Source of the DNA: Malacoraja senta
Lineage: Eukaryota
Assembly (NCBI GenBank): GCA_038087875.1
Contig: CM075991.1
Span: forward strand, 8,806,001 to 8,870,000
Direction of reading: 5' to 3'
Length of the DNA stretch: 64,000 nucleotides
Shown: piece after piece, positions 51,936-64,000 of the stretch
How the letters are laid out: each line of letters begins with the position of its first letter
Position numbering within the stretch: position 1 is the stretch's first letter
Notes under the pieces: generated by a model
Told to the model about the DNA's origin: nothing
The model's input: the letters and a program-made list of their open reading frames with translations, nothing else
Database searches by the model: none
Position numbers and translations under genes: made by a program

Positions 51936-52560
51936 GTGAGGCAGCGGGGAGAGTTGCTCCCTTATAGTGCCAGGAAACTAGGCCCCAGTGAATTTCATGG
52001 GATCACGTAAACTCAACAGGGGGTCAAAAGGAATTAGGGGACAGGTCCCCACTGCGTTAAAGGGAGCGTAGAATTCAACAGGCTGTGAGCCTGATGCTGA
52101 ACCATTGGGATTTCTGAATAGTCAAATCGCAGATTATCAGAGTTTTATTGTACTAAGTACTTCCCAGGAGTTAGACAAATATTTGTTATGGCCTCATTTC
52201 AAACATCTGTTTCTACCCTACATTTCTTGCAGAAACCTCCCTCCGTATGTGGAGCTGTCATTGTGAGGCAGGGCCGTGTGAACGGGATGAGTTGGAACGC
52301 CGTTTTTTTAGTTTAGTTAAGAGTTACATCGCGGAAACCAGGCCCTTCGGCCCACCGAGTCCGTGCTGACCAGCGATCCCCGCACACTAACACTATCCTA
52401 CACGCACTAGGGACAATTTATAAAAACATAAAAACATAAAAACTGTTTTTGTCCACGAGTAGTTGCTCTACTCAACAGCCAAACATCTGTAACCTCCCTT
52501 TGATCTGGTATTTTGTTGGGTCACATGCTTGATCAATGGTGTTTTATCATGAATGTTTTA

Positions 52561-52648
52561 GGGGGTGGGAGATTGCAACCTTCACGTGGTAAAATTAAAT
52601 AGAACAAGTTGTCCGACAACTTTAGGCTGTGCACGCCATACGCAAGAA
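52561..52648 (+). mobile_element. Second copy of the ribozyme-headed retroposon, internally deleted
   Basis: GGGGTGGGAGATTGCAACCTTCACGTGGT then a jump to AAATAGAACAAGTTGTCCGACAACTTTAGGCTGTGCACGCCATACGCAAGA; AATGTTTTA duplicated at 52552-60 and 53348-56. Confidence 0.8.
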
Positions 52649-53337
52649 ACATAGAAACATAGAAAGTAGGTGCGAGAGTAGACCACCAGGCCCATCGAGC
52701 CCGCACCGCCATTCGCTCATGGCTGAACACTAAACAGACACCCTTACCCACAAACAGTAGACACAAGACACAGAACACAAGACACTACCCTCCCCTTTAT
52801 ATCGCTATCACCCCTCTCCACCCCAAGAACCGCGTGATCTCCTGGGGAGGCAAAAAAACGGATAAAAACCCAGGTCCAATTCGGGAAAAAAATCCGGGAA
52901 ATTCCTCTCCGACCCCAATCCAGGCGATCGACACTTGTCCAGGAGATCACTCAGGTCTTACTATACTAACCATACCTAGGTCCATATCCCTGCCCTCTCC
53001 CCGTAGCCCCTTATCCCCTTGGCAGCTAAAAACCCATCTATTTTAGACTTAAATATATTTAATGTTTCTGCTTCCACTGCTCCCTGGGGCAGTGAATTCC
53101 ATAAATTAACCACCCTCTGGCTGAAGAAGTTCTTCCTCATCTCAGTTTTAAAAGAGCCCCCTCTTATTCTACAACTATGTCCCCTAGTTCTAGTTTCCCT
53201 GATCATTGGGAACATCCTCGGTGCATCCACCCGATCAAGGCCCCTCACGATCTTATATGTTTCAATGAGATCGCCTCTCATTCTTCTAAACTCCAAAGAG
53301 TAGAGTTCCAGCCTACTTAACCTTTCCTCATATGTCA
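52646..53337 (-). mobile_element. CR1-like LINE 3' fragment with long 3' UTR
   Basis: [33 protein letters not shown]...TRGHSCRIRG; (CATAGAAA)n tail. Confidence 0.88.
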
Positions 53338-53860
53338 TAAGAAGATTAATGTTTTATTATTATTAATGTCAAGTGTTTTCTGAGTCATTCGTAACTGTCA
53401 CTGTATGTCATGTTCTTACTTGCGGGCGGAGCACCAAGGCAAATTCCTTGTATGTGAATACTTGGCCAATAAACTTACTTACTGACTTATACCAGGCCAA
53501 TTAACCTGCAAACCTGTACGTCTTTGGAATGTGGGAGGAAACCGGAGATGTCGAAGAAAACCCACGCAGGTCACGGGGAGAAGACAAGAAAAGAGGTGGG
53601 CGGCAGGACAAAGCTTGGCAATTGGTAAGTGAAGGCAGGTGGAGGCAGGAAGGCAGGAAGCATATGGGTAGAGTAAGTGGCAAAGGACTGAGCCGAATAA
53701 GAGACAAAAGTGCATCAGATAAGGAGAGAGAAAGAATGAAATATAAATGCAAGGGGCAGGGATATAGGTGGAAGGGGACAGTAGGGGAGGGGGGTATAAA
53801 AGGGGTAGTGGAGAAATGGGTGTGCATCCAGGGTTTGGGGGGCACAAGAAAGAGGGGTTA

Positions 53861-54280
53861 TTATTTAAAATTGGAGAATTCAATGTTCCTACCATTGGGT
53901 TGTAAGCTCCCCAAATGGAATATGAGGCGCTGTGCCTCCAGTTTGGAGGTGGCCTCACTCTGGCAATGGAGGAGGCCCAGGACAGAAAGGTTAGCGTGGG
54001 AATGGAAAAAAGGGGGAGTTAAAAAAGGCTAGCAACCAGGAGATCTGGGAGACCTTGGTGGACCGAGGGCAAGTGTTCGGCGAAATGGTCGCCGAGTCTC
54101 TGCTTGGTCTCGCCGATATTCAGGAGGTCACAGCGGGAACACCTGAATGCAGTAGATGAGGTTAGAGGAGGTGAGCGTGGACCTCTGTCTCACCTGTAAG
54201 GACTGCCAGGGTCCGAGGACGGAGGCGAGAGAGGAGGTATCGGGACTGGTATTGGATCTCGTGCGGTTGCAGGGGAAAGT
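53861..54280 (-). pseudogene. Penelope-like GIY-YIG endonuclease remnant
   Basis: With frameshift correction: FPCNRTRS..., SSNLIYCIQCSRCDLLNIGETKQRLGDHFAEHL, ...KLEAQRLIFHLGSLQPNGRNIEFSNFK*. Confidence 0.85.
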
Positions 54281-55092
54281 AGCTGGGGAAAGGAAAGCAA
54301 CTCCTCCCTTAGACCCTATTCCTATGCAATATATTTCTTCGTCTCCATGACAATGACAGATGCAAGAGGACCTGCCTCGGGCATTGTCATCCTGAGCATT
54401 TAGTATTGCCCCACTTTGAGCGGACAGCAACACACCCTACAGAGCATGCAATCAGCTCTACAACCTGCATTGAATGTTCAGGATTGAGGTGGCAGGATTC
54501 AGGACAGAGAAGGCGGCAGGTTTCATCGGATGGTGTTACTCTTCCTTTCATCTTTTGATGCCTCTTTATGGTCAGGCACATATCAAAGGTTCCTGCAGGA
54601 AGAAAAGTGCAGGCTGCGTTTGGAGACAAAACTTTAAATCCCTCACATCAAGCGGGCAGTTGAATGGCTGGAGGCATCTCTGTCAACAGCTGGGAGGGAG
54701 CCTCGGGCTATCAGCTGTACCTTCTAAACCTGTAACTCCACCGTTTCAAAAATAACACCATCCCATCAATTATCTTTGGCATGCCACTGATTCCTTTTAT
54801 CTCGACGTTTCTTTGGTAACATCAGCCTTAAAAAACGTCCAATGCTTCCAACTTTAGAGTAGACAAGAGGAGGTTGTAAAACTGTCTTCGGAGAGAGGAG
54901 GAGAACTTCTTCAAATTTCCTTCGCTCCATAGATGCTGCCGCACCCGCAGAGTTTCTCCAGCACTTTGGTCTGCCTTCTAACTTTAGACTTTAGACATCA
55001 GAGATACAGAGCGGAAACAGGCCATTCGGCCCACTGAGTCCGCATCAACTAGCGATCCTTCCCTACAATAATTCTATCCCAAGCAGCCTTTA

Positions 55093-55587
55093 AGGGCCTG
55101 TCCCACGAGCATGCGACTGCATGCGGCAAGCGTAACCTTACGTGGTCGCTTGAGCCGTACGGACACGCGAGGCCGGTCCCACTTCGATCGCCGGAGCCGT
55201 ATGGAGTTGTGCGGAGCTGGTCCCGACATCGCGCGGGGCTTCGAAAAACTGACACTGTTCAAAAATTCCGCGCGGCAACGGCCTGCGGCCCGCAGCCGCC
55301 TCGACGCCGTACGTATCGCCTCGACTGCCGTGCGCAGCGTCTCGACGCCGTACGCAGCGTCTTGACGCCGTACGTCACGCGCGAACTTCCGGCGGACTTC
55401 GCTCGAACTTCACGTCACTCACTCGACCTCCGCGTGGCCCTCGCTTCCGGTTTGGTCGCGCTCGCCACTTGCAGTCGCATGCTGGTGGGACCGGCCCTGT
55501 ACGGGGATCACTCGACCTCCGCGCAGCCCCCGCTTCCGGTTTGGTCGCGCTTGCCGCATGCAGTCGCATGCTCGTGGGACAGGCCCT
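55093..55587. mobile_element. Harbinger-type MITE family E (CpG-rich) inside a V-SINE
   Basis: Perfect 40-bp TIR AGGGCCTGTCCCACGAGCATGCGACTGCATGCGGCAAGCG; TTA TSD; internal duplication of the right-end region. Confidence 0.9.
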
Positions 55588-56127
55588 TTAAGGTACAAAT
55601 TACAGAAGCCAATTAACCTACAAACCCTTACGTCTTTGGGGAGTGGAAGGAAACCGGGGCACCCAGAGAGAACCCATGCGGTCACGGGGAGAACATGCAA
55701 GCTCCGTACAGACAGCACCCATAGTCGGGATCGAACCCGGGTCTCTGGCGCTGTGAGGCAGTGCCGCTAGCGCTGCGCCACCGTGCCGCCCATGCTGACC
55801 AACCAACATGACAGCCTATTGCTTTGGTTGTTAGTCAGTACTTATATTACTTATCTATCTTATTTCCTTAAATTTGTTCAGGAACTTAAACAGGCCCTTC
55901 CCCAATGTGATTTATGGAAGTTATTTATTTACAAGGTGTGGATATCAGGGGCAAGGTCAACATTAATTGTCCATCCATAATTAACTCTTGTCCCAAGTAA
56001 TTAATTACATTCAAAGTATCATTGAGTCGGACATACAGCTCTTTAACAGATCCTTAGGTCAACTGAGTCTCTGCCAACTATCAAGCATTCTTTTACACAA
56101 ATCCCATTTTATTCACCCTATATTTGG

Positions 56128-56410
56128 TTTAGTTCAGTTTAGTTTAGAGATGCAACAGGCCCTTCGGCCCACCGAGTCCGTGCCGACCACAATTCCCCTG
56201 CACTAGCACGATCCTACACACTACACGCTAACAATTAGCCTACAAACCTGTACACCTTTGGAGTGTAGGAGGAAACCGGAGCACCCGGAGAAAACCCACG
56301 TGGTCACGGAGAGAAGGTACAAACTCCGTACAGACAGCACCCGCAGTCAGGATCGAACCCGGGTCTCTGGCGCAGTAAGGCAGCAACTCTACCGCTGCGC
56401 CACCGCGCCG
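56128..56410 (-). mobile_element. V-SINE
   Basis: Complete head, V-domain and tail on the minus strand. Confidence 0.85.
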
Positions 56411-57140
56411 CACCAACGACCTCAGATTCTATCGTTCATCTGCACATCAAAGGGCAATCTATTGGTGCCAATTAACCGACCAACCCACGTCTTTGGAATG
56501 TGGGAGTAAACTGGAGCACCTGGAGCAACCCCACGCAGTCACGGAGAGAACGTGCAAACTCCACACGGACATTTCCTGAGGATACGACGGGAGCTGTGAG
56601 ACAGCAGCAACACTGCCTCCTTGCCCACGCCAGGTGTTACATCTGTCATCGACTGACAGATTTCCTTTGATGGCCACCATTAGTGAACCAGATGGGTTTT
56701 TACAGCAATTCTATTGTATCTCATATATTGTTATTGAGCCTTGTATATTTTTTAAATCCCAGATCTTACTTAATTATTTTAATTTAATTTAATTCCCCAG
56801 CTGCCACAGTGAAACTTGAACACATTCCCAAATCTTTGGTCTAGATCTTGAGCACAACAGCACAGTTATGCCAGAGCAGTGGCGCAGTGGTAGAGTTGCT
56901 GCCTTACAGCACCAGAGACCCGGGTTCGATCCAGACTACGGGTGCTGTCTGTACGGAGTTTGCACGTGCTTCGGTTTCCTCCAACACTCAAAAGATGTAC
57001 AGGTTTGTATGTTAATTGGCATTGCTAAAATTGTAAATTGTCCTTAGTGTGCCGGTTGGAACTATGGTAGGGATGATTGCTGGTCGGCATGGACTCAGTG
57101 GGCCAAAGGGCCTGTATCCACACTGTATCTCTAAACTAAA

Positions 57141-57543
57141 AGGATGAGGGGGGGATCTTATAGAAACATATAACATTATAAAAGGACTGGACAAGCTAGA
57201 TGCAGGAAAAATGTTCCCAATGTTGGGCGAGTCCAGAACCAGGGGCCACAGTCTTAGAATAAAGGGGAGGCCATTTAAGACTGAGGTGAGAAAAAACTTT
57301 TTCACCCAGATAGTTGTGAATTTGTGGAATTCCCTGCCACAGAGGGCAGTGGAGGCCAAGTCACTGGATGGATTTAAGAGAGAGTTAGATAGAGCTCTAG
57401 GGGCTAGTGGAATCAAGGGATATGGGGAGAAGGCAGGCACGAGTTATTGATAGGGGACGATCAGCCATGATCACAATGAATGGCGGTGCTGGCTCGAAGG
57501 GCCAAATGGACTCCTCCTGCACCTATTTTCTATGTTTCTATGT
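57141..57543 (+). mobile_element. CR1/HER1-like LINE 3' fragment
   Basis: [34 protein letters not shown] and tail. Confidence 0.9.
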
Positions 57544-58149
57544 AAAACACAAAGTGCCACAGTGCAGGTCCAGCACTTTGTGTTTCACTCAAGATTCCAA
57601 CATCTGCCGCACCTTGTGTCACCCTTTGGCCTCCTCTACATTAACCTCTCCACTGTGCCTGTAAATAATCGCCCTACTACTGCACCCTGCAGAGTTCAGT
57701 GGAAGTTACTCAGACCCAGTGCCTTCTTTGGTTGATTATTTGTTAGTGGTGATATATGTTGACATCTCCAATGGGCCTCTGGTTCAAAGTTCTTCCCTGT
57801 ATCTATCTCAGTGAACGCAAGAATAATAACCCAATACCAATACCGAACTGAGCTGAACCATCCCATCAACAACTAGGGAGCGGTCCTGAGTTACTATCTT
57901 TTCATTGGAGACCCTCGGACTATCTTTAACCAGTTCAGTGCCACTCCCGAGTATACTCGGATCATGACTAATAGTGTAAAAAAAAACTTGGCAGTGAGCC
58001 GGTTAATTGGACTTTATCTTGCACTAGACATTATTCCCTTTATCCTGTATCTGTACACTGTGGCCATCGTGATTGTGATCATGTATAGTTTTTGTCCTTT
58101 GTCCCCTTTGTCTTGTTTTCACACCTTACACATCCTTATCTATATGCTG

Positions 58150-58642
58150 TTTAAGAAGGAACTGCAGATGCTGGAAAATCGAAGGTACACAAAAATGCTG
58201 GAGAAACTCAGCGGGTGCAGCAGCATCTATGGAGCGAAGGAAATAGGCAACCAAGAGAGGTGAAGTTTTGGATCAGGACCCTTCTTCAGATTGAGTGTGA
58301 AATAGGCAACCAAGAGAGGTGAAGTTTTGGATCAGGACCCTTCTTCAGATTGAGTTCTTCACTCAATCTGAAGAAGGGTCCTGATCCAAAACGTCACCTC
58401 TCTTGGTTGCCTATTTCCTTCGCTCCATAGATACTGCTGCACCCGCTGAGTTTCTCCGGCATTTTTGTGTACCTTATCTATATGCTTCCTTATCTATGTA
58501 TCGCCCACTCCTCTGACATCAGTCTGAAGAAGGGTCTCGACTTGAAACCTTCTCTCCAGAGATGCTGCCTGTCCCACTGTGTTACTCCAGCATTTTGTGT
58601 CTATCTTCGATTGAAACCAGCATCTGCAGTTCCTTCCTACAC
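58150..58642. mobile_element. Fold-back Penelope pLTR pair with tandem duplication, nested in another Penelope 3' end
   Basis: Arms 58182-58297 and 58361-58475 are reverse complements; a 59-bp unit is repeated at 58240 and 58299. Confidence 0.75.
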
Positions 58643-59003
58643 ATGTACAATTTTTCCGCTGACTGGGCAGCTGGCAACAAAAAAGCTTTTCATTGTACCT
58701 CAGTACACGTGACAATAGACTAAACTAAACTAAAATACTAGTTCTGATTTCTGACTCGAAGATATTTCTATCTATCGATTGGAAGGTTACTGATTGAAGG
58801 TTGCTGGCAACCATCTCTCACCTGTCTCTGTGTTCCAAGTTCTCCCCAATCTCGCCACCCCTTCTTCTGGCTGTTGCTCATCATCCCTCATTCCTCTTCA
58901 ATCAACCTTTCACCTACAGCTCCCAGCCTCACTCCTCCCTGGCAACAAGCTACTTGACCAGAGGAGGCCAGGAGAAGAAATCCCTTCCCGCCATGATTGC
59001 TAA

Positions 59004-59326
59004 AAGCCCTGTCCCACGGTACGAGTTCATTCAAGAGTTCTCCCGAGTTTGCCCTGATTCGAACTCGGAGATTTACGGTAATGGCCGCTCGTCGGTACTC
59101 GGGGCTCTCGTGGACATTTTTCAACATGTTGAAAAATCTTCACGAGTCTTCCCGAGCTTACCGCGTTTCCCGAGTACCTGCCGTTAGCGTTTTACGAGCC
59201 GCTCAGAGACGTCCCCGAGCTCCGACGTACCCGCTACGTTCATTCTACGTGCTTACCACGAGTTTGATTTTTTTTTTTTAAACTCGGGAGCGCACTTGAA
59301 TGAACTCGTACAGTGGGACAGGGCTT
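59004..59326 (+). mobile_element. Harbinger-type MITE family A
   Basis: TIRs AAGCCCTGTCCCAC/GTGGGACAGGGCTT; TAA TSD. Confidence 0.88.
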
Positions 59327-61069
59327 TAAATCTTCCGGCATCCTCTATCCCAGAGGACCGTGGTTTTACTGATGGAATTGAAAACTGAGAACAACGAATT
59401 CTCGGATTTTACTTTAGGCTTTTAGTCTTTAGAGGTGCAGCAGGGAAACAGTCCCTGCAACCCACCAAGTCCGCGCCAACCAGCGCTCACCCCGTACGCT
59501 GGTATTACGCTACACACTAGGAACAATTTATAATTTTACAGAAGCCAAATAACCTACAAACCTGTGAGTTTTTGGAGTGTGGGAGGGAACCAGAGCACCC
59601 GGAGAAAACCCACGCAGTCACAGGGAGAACGTACAAATACGTACAGACAGCACCCGTAGTCGGGATCGAACCTGGATACCTGGCGTTGTAAGGCAGCAAC
59701 CCTATCTAAAGGATAGCGGAACGGAGAGGAAGGTGAGGTAAATGATCAGCCTCATCCTGCTGAGCGAACTCAAGCAGTGAAATAGCTCCCTACTGCTCCT
59801 GTGTAGACTACATGGAGCGATACAGCACGGAATCAGGCCATTTGGCCCACCAAGTCTGTGCTAACCAACAACCGTCCATTATTTCTTATCCTTCAATAAA
59901 TCAATGCGAATCTATCATCACTGCAAACAACACACATGGTCACTTCTTTCATAAGCCACTGGGATCATTGTACCTTTATCTCCCAATAACCCAGCCATCA
60001 GGCAGCCCACTTGAATCGCAGTAAGGTGGATTGTCAAAATTGCCCGTATATTGTGTATCTCCAGTTGGTAAAACAATTTCAAAGGTTCCAATTTGCAGAG
60101 AATTACAATTAAAGTTAATGAAGGCTCATCATGGGAGTGGAACACAATAGGACGGGGTTTTCTCTGTCAATTGCCATGGAAATGGGTCTGGTCTGTCAAA
60201 TTCACCCTCCCAGCCAACATAAGAGTGGTAACCTAGGAAACAGCATTGCTGCCCGTTCTAACTAGCAATGGTCCTGGCTCAACAATGTTACCCAATACTT
60301 TATCCCATGTTTCAGAGCTGTCTCAGTGATTGCATTTCCAGGGGCCATCAGTTTAATTCCAAACCCAAACGTAGAATCAAACTGCCACACTGCAGAACAA
60401 CAGGCCCTTCAGCCCACCCTGTCCATGCTGACCACAAGTAGTTGTCTAAACTATTCCCATTTACCAGCATGGTTTGTCGTTTCAAGTAATTCCCACTTCC
60501 TTCCGCTCCCCTCCCCGCTCTGCCCCATCCTATTCATCCTACTAGTTCCACTATTCATATCCTTGTATCCCTATCATTAACATATCTTCCCCATCCAGCA
60601 TCTGCGGTTCCTTATTTCTACACTCTAACTCATTGCATGGTATGATTTAACTGGATACTGTATATCGGTACACAAATACAATAATAAGCCAATACCGATA
60701 CCAACATCAATCAAATTTTATTCATCACGTGCACATAAGTGCAAGTGAAATGAATTTGCCAGCAGCGGTACAATTAAAAAGTACACACAATACACAATTT
60801 AAAAAAAAATGTTACACAAACATCCACCACAGCATTCATCACTGTGGTGGAAGGCACAAAATTTGGCCAGTCCTCCTCCATTTTCCCCTGTGGTCGGAAC
60901 CTCAACCCTCCGCAGTCGTCGCTGCGGGCGTCCAGATGTAAGTCCAGGTAAGTCCTGAATAAGTCCCCCAATCTGCGTTTGGTGTCTCCTGAAAAGAGGA
61001 GACCAAATCGCGTTAAAATCCTGAAGCCTGCCATCAACTGCGGCAGCCTTGCTGCATTTACACCGCAAG

Positions 61070-61332
61070 TTTGAATCCCGACTACGGGAGCTGTCTGTAC
61101 GGAGTTTGTACGTTCTCCCTGTTTGATCTGCGTGGGTTTTCTCCGAGATCTTCGGCTTCCTCCCACGCTCCAAAGACGGACAGGTTTGTATGTTGATTGG
61201 CTTGGTAGAAGTGTAAGTGAAATTTGTCCCTAGTGTAGGATAGTGTTAATGTGCGGGGATCGCTGGTCGGTGCGAACTCGGTGGGCCAAAGGGCCTGTTT
61301 CTGCGCTGTATCTCTAAACTAAACTAAACTAG
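61070..61332 (+). mobile_element. V-SINE, 5' truncated
   Basis: V-domain plus tail ending (AAACT)n. Confidence 0.85.
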
Positions 61333-63279
61333 ACTAAGGGGAGGGAGTAAGTGGGTGAGGCATATGCTCAGTGGAGTTTGGAACACTGAGGGGTGATCTG
61401 ATTGAGATGTTATGTAGAAGCCAGAACTGCTGGTTTGCGCACTGGCTAATTATCCTATCTTCTCTCAGTTGGTCTTTCTCCCTTGACGACATGGATATCC
61501 AGAGGAGCCTTGGGACATCAATTATCAGTCCTAACACCAACTAAGTGAAAGCAATGCTGGAGCTTTGCATGGAGGCATCAAGGGCGTTGTGCCAATTCAA
61601 TTTCCAGTGAGAGTCTCAGGCACAAGAAACAATTTTAAAAATCTTACCCTCTGACCTGAACCAAACCGCCAATCCGAGTCCCAGTGACAAGAAAAAAACC
61701 ATGTAATGCAATTTTAGCAGTCATTTCACATTTAATATTAATTGCTTGCTTCCTCTGTACACTTCTGACAGCAATTTGTCAATTTCTGGATGGAGCAGAG
61801 ATGAATTATAAATGTATTTAAACGATAAATTGTATTTAAACTGCGTACAAGTGATTACTTAGGATAAACAGCAAGATGTCCTGACGTTATCTTGTTGTCC
61901 TAGAAATGAAAAGTGACATTAACATTCCCCTCAGCATCCCGAGAATGAAATTCTCACACAAATGACTCAGTGTTCTGGAGAAGTAGACAAGCAGCTCCCT
62001 TCTTCCGGTCGACCGCACAATAAGCATTTCCAAACACGCAGACAGCCCATTTGGAAAAAGTACAGATAGATTTCTCACACCCTGATGCCTGGAGCAAATC
62101 CCTGATTGGGTTGTTCCTCCTTCTGACCAACTATTTTCAATTATGGGCACTTTTGCGCTGCAGTCTGTCTAGCCAGCCGCATGTCGTTTTACAGCAAATG
62201 GGATGCCTCACTGGTACTCCACATTGGTCTTATTACCATCCTTGTTCTTCTTTAGTTCAGTTTAGTTTATTGTCACGTGTACCGAGGTACAGTGAAAAGC
62301 TTTTGTTGCGTGCTATCCAATCAGACAATACGTGATTACAATCGAACCACTTACAGCGCGTAGATACATGATAAGGGAATAACATTCAGTGCAAGGCAAA
62401 GCCAGCAAATTCCGATCAAGGATAGTCCAAGGGTCATCGAAGAGGTAGATAGTAGATCAGCGCTGCTCTCTGGCTGTGGTAGGATGATTCGGTTGCCTGA
62501 TAACAGCTGGGAAGAAACCGTCAGGTTTCGGGTCAAAATCTCACCCATTCCTTCTCTCCAGAGATGCTGCCTGTCCCGCTGAGCTACTCCGGCATTTTGT
62601 GTCTATCTTCGATTTTAAACCAGCATCTGCAGTTCCTTCCTACACAGGAAGTAATGTCAAGTGGATGATGGGAGAGGATTGGTCGGACATCAGCAACAAG
62701 GTGGGGATTGGTGGCGATGAACAGAAAATGAATGAAGGACTCCCATTAACTGAGGTTCTCCAGCTCCGGGCTATTTTGCTCGATCTCAGCCCTCCGGTTA
62801 ACAGAAGTGTCTAATATTCTTGTAGACCACATGTGCACAACAGATTACAAAATGGAGCACCTCTTCACTTAACTTCTGCTAGACGCTCATAAGAGTGCAG
62901 GGCTTCTGCTCTTATGGGATGATGGTCCTCAAGACCCAAACTTTGGGTCCCTAGTCCAGAAGAAGCTTTGTCTGAGTGGTAATGCTGCTGCCTTACAGCG
63001 CCAGAGACCCGGTTCGATCCTGATTAAGTGTGCTATCCGTACGGATATTTTTATATTTTCCCTGTGACCATGTGGGTTTTCTCCAGGTGCTCCGGTTTCC
63101 TCCCACACTACAAAGACATATAGGTTTGTAGTTTAATTGGCTTTGGTAAAATTGTAAATTGTCCCCAGTGTGTAAGACAGTGCTAGTGGTTGGGGTGATC
63201 ACCGGCTGGCGCGGACCCAATGGGCCGAAGGGCCTGCATCCGCACTGTATCTCTAAAGTATCGAAAGTCGAAAGTCTAA

Positions 63280-63478
63280 TGGGCCTGTCCCACTTAGGCG
63301 ATTTCTTGGGCGACTACAGGCGACTGCCACAAAATTTTCAACATGTTGAAACATTTTCGGCAACAATTTTTGCTGTCGTAGGTTGTCGTAGGTGCTGGCG
63401 TAGGTTGTCGCCAGCTGTCGTAGGTGAGTTCCATTAAAACTAGTCCCTGGAAGTCGCCTAAAGAGTGGTACAGGCCCT
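63280..63478. mobile_element. Harbinger-type MITE family F
   Basis: TGGGCCTGTCCCACTTAGGCGATTTC...GAAGTCGCCTAAAGAGTGGTACAGGCCCT; TWA flanks. Confidence 0.75.
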
Positions 63479-63498
63479 TTAAGTCCACAACACAGTTA

Positions 63499-63805
63499 AG
63501 GGCCTGTCCCATTGTACGAGGTAATTCAAGAGCTCTCCCGAGTTTAAAAAAAAATCAAACTCGTAGTAAGTACGTAGAATGTACGTAGCGGCTACGTCGG
63601 AGCTCGTGGATGTCTCGTAGCGGCTCGTAACGCTAACAGCAGGTACTCGGGAAATGCGGTAACTCGTGAATTTTTTTGAACACTGTGAAAAATGTCCACG
63701 AGAGCCCCGAGTACCTACGAACGGCTATTACCGTAATTCTCCGAGTTCGAATCAGGGGAAACTCGGGAGAACTCTTGAATTAGCTCGTACAGTGGGACAG
63801 GCCCT
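63499..63805 (-). mobile_element. Harbinger-type MITE family A (divergent)
   Basis: TIRs; TTA TSD at 63496-98 and 63806-08. Confidence 0.85.
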
Positions 63806-64000
63806 TTAAGCTTCATGTTAACACTGTGCCAATATTCTGAAAGTGTTTTTGTTCTCCAGCGTACATATTTCTTACTTTATTCAAGGAAACTTGGAAAACA
63901 TGAGGACAGCCAGCAACTAGAGAAAACTATAACCTATTGAGCTGAAACACATTGAGCATGGTGCACAATGAAATGGTTTAATTTATAATTATGTCAGGAA

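Larger units (their letters stand above)
52435..53490 (+). mobile_element. Rex1/Babar-like 3' end split by nested insertions
   Basis: NCFCPRVVALLN remnant at 52441; 3' end GCACCAAGGCAAATTCCTTGTATGTGAATACTTGGCCAATAAACTTACTTACT. Confidence 0.6.

Noticed and set aside
55093..55587. piggyBac assignment for the MITEs because of TTAA near their ends
   Set aside because: Reconstructed empty sites and constant terminus length give a 3-bp TWA duplication.

Overview
Vertebrate DNA with no recognisable host exon, so probably a gene desert or large intron. It is saturated with transposable elements. The mix of V-SINEs with (CTAAA)n tails, HER1/CR1-like LINE 3' ends and Penelope pLTRs suggests a cartilaginous fish such as a skate or ray (inference). 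The largest feature is a DIRS tyrosine-recombinase retrotransposon (8338-12996) with perfectly matched terminal repeats and ICR but disrupted gag, RT, RNase H, methyltransferase-like and YR coding regions. Also present: 14 PIF/Harbinger-type MITEs with 7 different interiors and one shared TIR, one hAT element, L1/Tx1, Rex1 and RTE remnants, long (TG)/(CA) microsatellites, a 462-bp AT-rich palindrome and a 200-N gap. The best hidden signal is a ~135-nt SINE-like element whose first 54 nt (7882-7935) fold base-for-base into a minimal HDV/CPEB3-type self-cleaving ribozyme. A second, internally deleted copy flanked by a TSD starts at 52561. The Penelope repeats also carry minimal hammerhead ribozyme cores. 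All family assignments come from motif recognition by eye; no database search was run.
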